NCBI GenBank assembly: GCA_051747585.1
Contig: JBNJGH010000011.1
Location: forward strand, 1 to 48,766
Origin: Candidatus Rifleibacteriota bacterium
GTDB taxonomy: Bacteria > Muiribacteriota > Ozemobacteria > Ozemobacterales > Ozemobacteraceae
DNA: 48,766 nt
Reading direction: 5' to 3'
How positions within the stretch are numbered: position 1 is the first letter of the stretch; each line of letters opens with the position of its first letter. The notes below the pieces were generated by a model that made no database searches, was not told the origin of the DNA, and saw nothing but the letters and a program-made list of their open reading frames with translations. Below, piece after piece: positions 46,289 to 48,766 of the stretch. The position numbers were made by a program, and so were the translations under genes.

Positions 46289-46798
46289 ATGGCTAAGAAA
46301 ATCAATAAGGGAACAAACCTTTTAGAATTGCTGCTGGCTTTGTCAATTCTTTCTGCGTCAATGTATCCGCTTGTTTATATTTTTAAAATGGCTCAACCAA
46401 CACCCGAAAAAACTCAAAACGAGTTTCTTGCAACCCTTCTATGTCACCATGTTGCTGAAACTATTATTGCCAATAAGATTGAAAATCCCGACTATCTGCC
46501 GCAAATGACTGATTCAGAACCTGTGGTACAAGGTTCAAATTCTGTTCAGCAGGTTTCAGAATACTTTGCCAACCTAACCCCACAAAACCGACCTATTGAA
46601 GAAAGCGAAAATCCCCGCCTTTATAATCACCTCAGACCTTTCAAATGCCGGGTTGACACTTACTATCTCGAAGGCATGATTTATAAAAGCATGGTTTATA
46701 TTTCCTACCTGCAGGACAAAAGAGAAATGAAAGTTTTTCTTGAAAGATTGCTTGCCCAGCCATCTCTTATAGAGAAGGAGGACAACTTAGAAGAATGA
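46289..46798 (+). CDS. Pilin-like protein (PilV-like, atypical +1 Thr)
   Basis: KKINKG|TNLLELLLALSIL with Glu5. Confidence 0.72.
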   Translation: MAKKINKGTNLLELLLALSILSASMYPLVYIFKMAQPTPEKTQNEFLATLLCHHVAETIIANKIENPDYLPQMTDSEPVVQGSNSVQQVSEYFANLTPQNRPIEESENPRLYNHLRPFKCRVDTYYLEGMIYKSMVYISYLQDKREMKVFLERLLAQPSLIEKEDNLEE

Positions 46799-47253
46799 GT
46801 TTTATTAAGCGACGTGGAGAACTTTCATTTGAAGCTATTTTTGCCCTTGCTCTCTTTGCTATAGTATTAACAACACTTATGGCTGTTTACCGTTTTCATT
46901 ATTCACAGAATCCCCATACTCCAGACTCAGAAAACATAATCAGTATCTACGATATGATTTTAACTTCCATACGAAATGATACAAGAGTTGCTGATAAAGC
47001 CAGCACCAAAGAAAATGGATTGGATCTTTATAAAAATGACCAGCTGGTATCGAGCTATAACTTTATGAATGGAAACCTGTACAGAACAGAAGCCGATGGC
47101 AAAGGCACAATTCTTATAAGCAGTCTTGAGCAAGCCAGCTTTAAGCAACACCCCGAACTGGACCGCCTTCTTATGGTGACCCTTCTGCCTTCAGACAACA
47201 GTCAAATTCCTTTCTTTACTTCATTTGCACTCAGGGGAGGAAGCCTTGACTAA
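46795..47253 (+). CDS. Pilin-like protein (PilW-like, atypical +1 Glu)
   Basis: KRRG|ELSFEAIFALALF; I.ND.R.A motif; beta-rich tail. Confidence 0.65.
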   Translation: MSFIKRRGELSFEAIFALALFAIVLTTLMAVYRFHYSQNPHTPDSENIISIYDMILTSIRNDTRVADKASTKENGLDLYKNDQLVSSYNFMNGNLYRTEADGKGTILISSLEQASFKQHPELDRLLMVTLLPSDNSQIPFFTSFALRGGSLD

Positions 47254-47650
47254 TTTCACCCTTAAGAAAAAAACTTCCGGAACAATTTATTATTTAATTA
47301 TTGCCCTTCTACTGACTCTGTCTGTCTCCGTAACTGCCATGATTTTAAATCAACTGCACCGGGCAAGTATGGTAAAGACCTCAATAATGTTAAAAGCAGA
47401 TTACGAAATGGAATCGGCAATAGTAATGCAACTGCAGAAGTTAAAACAAAGCAGCAAAATTGCAGACAATAAAATAATTGTTAATAAAGTGCTCTCGCCC
47501 GGCTTTACTTTAAAACTTGAGGGCAATAGCCTGAAGCCCGAGATCTGGGGTTTTGAAATAGAAGTAGAGGGCCCTGGTTTTATTAGAAAAATGAAAGCAA
47601 AAGCCTCTATTAACAATCCCGACCAGATAATCTACCTGAAAAACTCATAG
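47246..47650 (+). CDS. Pilin-like protein (short PilX-like)
   Basis: TTG start after GGAGG; KKKTSG|TIYYLIIALLL lacking Glu5; KADYEMESAI motif. Confidence 0.62.
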   Translation: MTNFTLKKKTSGTIYYLIIALLLTLSVSVTAMILNQLHRASMVKTSIMLKADYEMESAIVMQLQKLKQSSKIADNKIIVNKVLSPGFTLKLEGNSLKPEIWGFEIEVEGPGFIRKMKAKASINNPDQIIYLKNS

Positions 47651-47658
47651 TTTCCGGC

Positions 47659-48612
47659 TTATTTTCCTTTAAAAACAATAAGGTCAGGTTTTCTTATAAA
47701 ACTGTAATTTCTATGATCAACCTGGCGGTTAGACGCATTTATATTCCACAAATCCACCAGTCTTAAAATAAAAGACCTGGAAATTTCCCGGTCAAAACCA
47801 AGCCTGATCAACCACTGGCGAAAAATTTCTCTTTTATATATTTCCGGCACTTCAGAAATTTTCAGTCTGTTATCTTCCACCAGATTATCTTTTAAATATT
47901 CTGCTGCTGAATCTGCAATGACAATCTGCACTTCATTAATGTCCTCAAGCAATGGCTGAATCTTATTAACAGCCCCGGGGAAAATATCTGTAATTTCGGG
48001 CATAAGCCGATGTCTGATAACATTACGCAGGTATTCCTGCGAAAAATTACTTTCATCGGTCAACCAGGTCTGGTTCTCGTTTTTCAAATAAGATTCCAGC
48101 TCCGAACGTTGGATCTGCAACAGCGGTCGCCACAACTTCAAATCAAAGTTCTCGATTGTTTTAAAGGCTCTAATTCCGGCAATGCCCTGCAGCGAAGCAC
48201 CTTTAAATAACCGCATAAAAAAAGTTTCAAGCTGATCGTCAGCATTATGACCGGTAGCTATAGTATCGACTCCGCTTTCCTTTGCCATCTGCTTAAAAGA
48301 ATTATATCTGAACTGCCTGGCCCAGGCTTCTACCCCGGCCTTCATATCTGCTCGATCTTTTTCTTCTGCTGTACGACTAAAAAATGAAAGCTTAAACTTA
48401 CCTGCAAGCCTTTGCACCCACTCAGCCTCTTCGTTACTGCTCTCACGCAAACCATGATCCACGTGAAACACAGATAAGGCAAACCCTCTCATCTTAGCCA
48501 GATGCCGCAAGAGAAGAAGCAGGGCAACTGAGTCACAGCCTCCCGAAACTGCTGCTGCCACTTTTTTAACTCTGTCGTTTTTAATTATTCGGCCAAGAAG
48601 TTTTTGTTTCAT
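47659..48612 (-). CDS. tilS: tRNA(Ile)-lysidine synthetase (short form)
   Basis: PP-loop AVSGGCDS, HVDHGLR, ARQFRY, ATGHNADDQLET, RPLL, DESN...RNVIR. Confidence 0.96.
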   Translation of the reverse strand: MKQKLLGRIIKNDRVKKVAAAVSGGCDSVALLLLLRHLAKMRGFALSVFHVDHGLRESSNEEAEWVQRLAGKFKLSFFSRTAEEKDRADMKAGVEAWARQFRYNSFKQMAKESGVDTIATGHNADDQLETFFMRLFKGASLQGIAGIRAFKTIENFDLKLWRPLLQIQRSELESYLKNENQTWLTDESNFSQEYLRNVIRHRLMPEITDIFPGAVNKIQPLLEDINEVQIVIADSAAEYLKDNLVEDNRLKISEVPEIYKREIFRQWLIRLGFDREISRSFILRLVDLWNINASNRQVDHRNYSFIRKPDLIVFKGK

Positions 48613-48669
48613 AGGATTTCAGGCTACCACAGCCCGAAGAAAGATACCAAACCCCAACCTGTTTGTCTT

Positions 48670-48766
48670 CAGGAATTCTCGGTCAATCATTATTAGCTGG
48701 TTACAAAAAGTTCTGGTTTTATTTCTTTCTGTCAAATATAGAATTTAAACCACTGAGGCCACCGAG
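48670..48766. mobile_element. MITE-like element, copy 3 (truncated by the window end)
   Basis: 97 bp identical to 27088-27184 except for 3 substitutions; begins CAGGAATTCTCGGT. Confidence 0.85.

Noticed and set aside
1..48766. tRNA, rRNA, CRISPR array or riboswitch
   Set aside because: Intergenic regions are short and explained by promoters, terminators or the MITE; no cloverleaf or repeat-spacer pattern was seen by eye. An Infernal/Rfam scan would be needed to exclude them fully.

Overview
Chromosomal window (~41% GC by eye) from a motile, diderm bacterium; the style of the proteins suggests a poorly characterised lineage such as Ca. Riflebacteria (impression only, not tested). Contents, in order: (1) a late flagellar cluster comF-flgM-flgN-flgK-flgL-fliW-csrA-flagellin, plus a second flagellin that runs off the left edge and is missing from the ORF track. 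All axial proteins are oversized: the flagellins are 872 aa and >695 aa, FlgL is 1012 aa with six internal repeats, and FlgK carries a FliD-like insert. A trxA + CoA-disulfide reductase-rhodanese-TusA-DsrE operon with a sigma54-type promoter sits between the two flagellins. (2) An outer-membrane/lipid A operon bamA-skp-lpxD-OMP-lpxC/fabZ-lpxA. (3) An unusual Zn-ribbon/disordered-linker/DnaB-like ATPase followed by a TPR-like lipoprotein, then a secreted glycine-zipper protein. (4) A type IV pilus/T2SS-like machine (PilB with MshEN, PilC, pilins, PilM-PilN fusion, PilO) with three separate sets of minor pilins. (5) A sigma28-type operon joining a CX4CH cytochrome c lipoprotein and an unknown exported protein to a Na+-type-looking motAB stator. 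(6) tilS. Three copies of a non-autonomous MITE-like element with 14-bp terminal inverted repeats and apparent target duplications are present; one carries a nested multi-hairpin structure. No rRNA, tRNA or CRISPR array was seen. All calls are from motif recognition by eye, without database searches.
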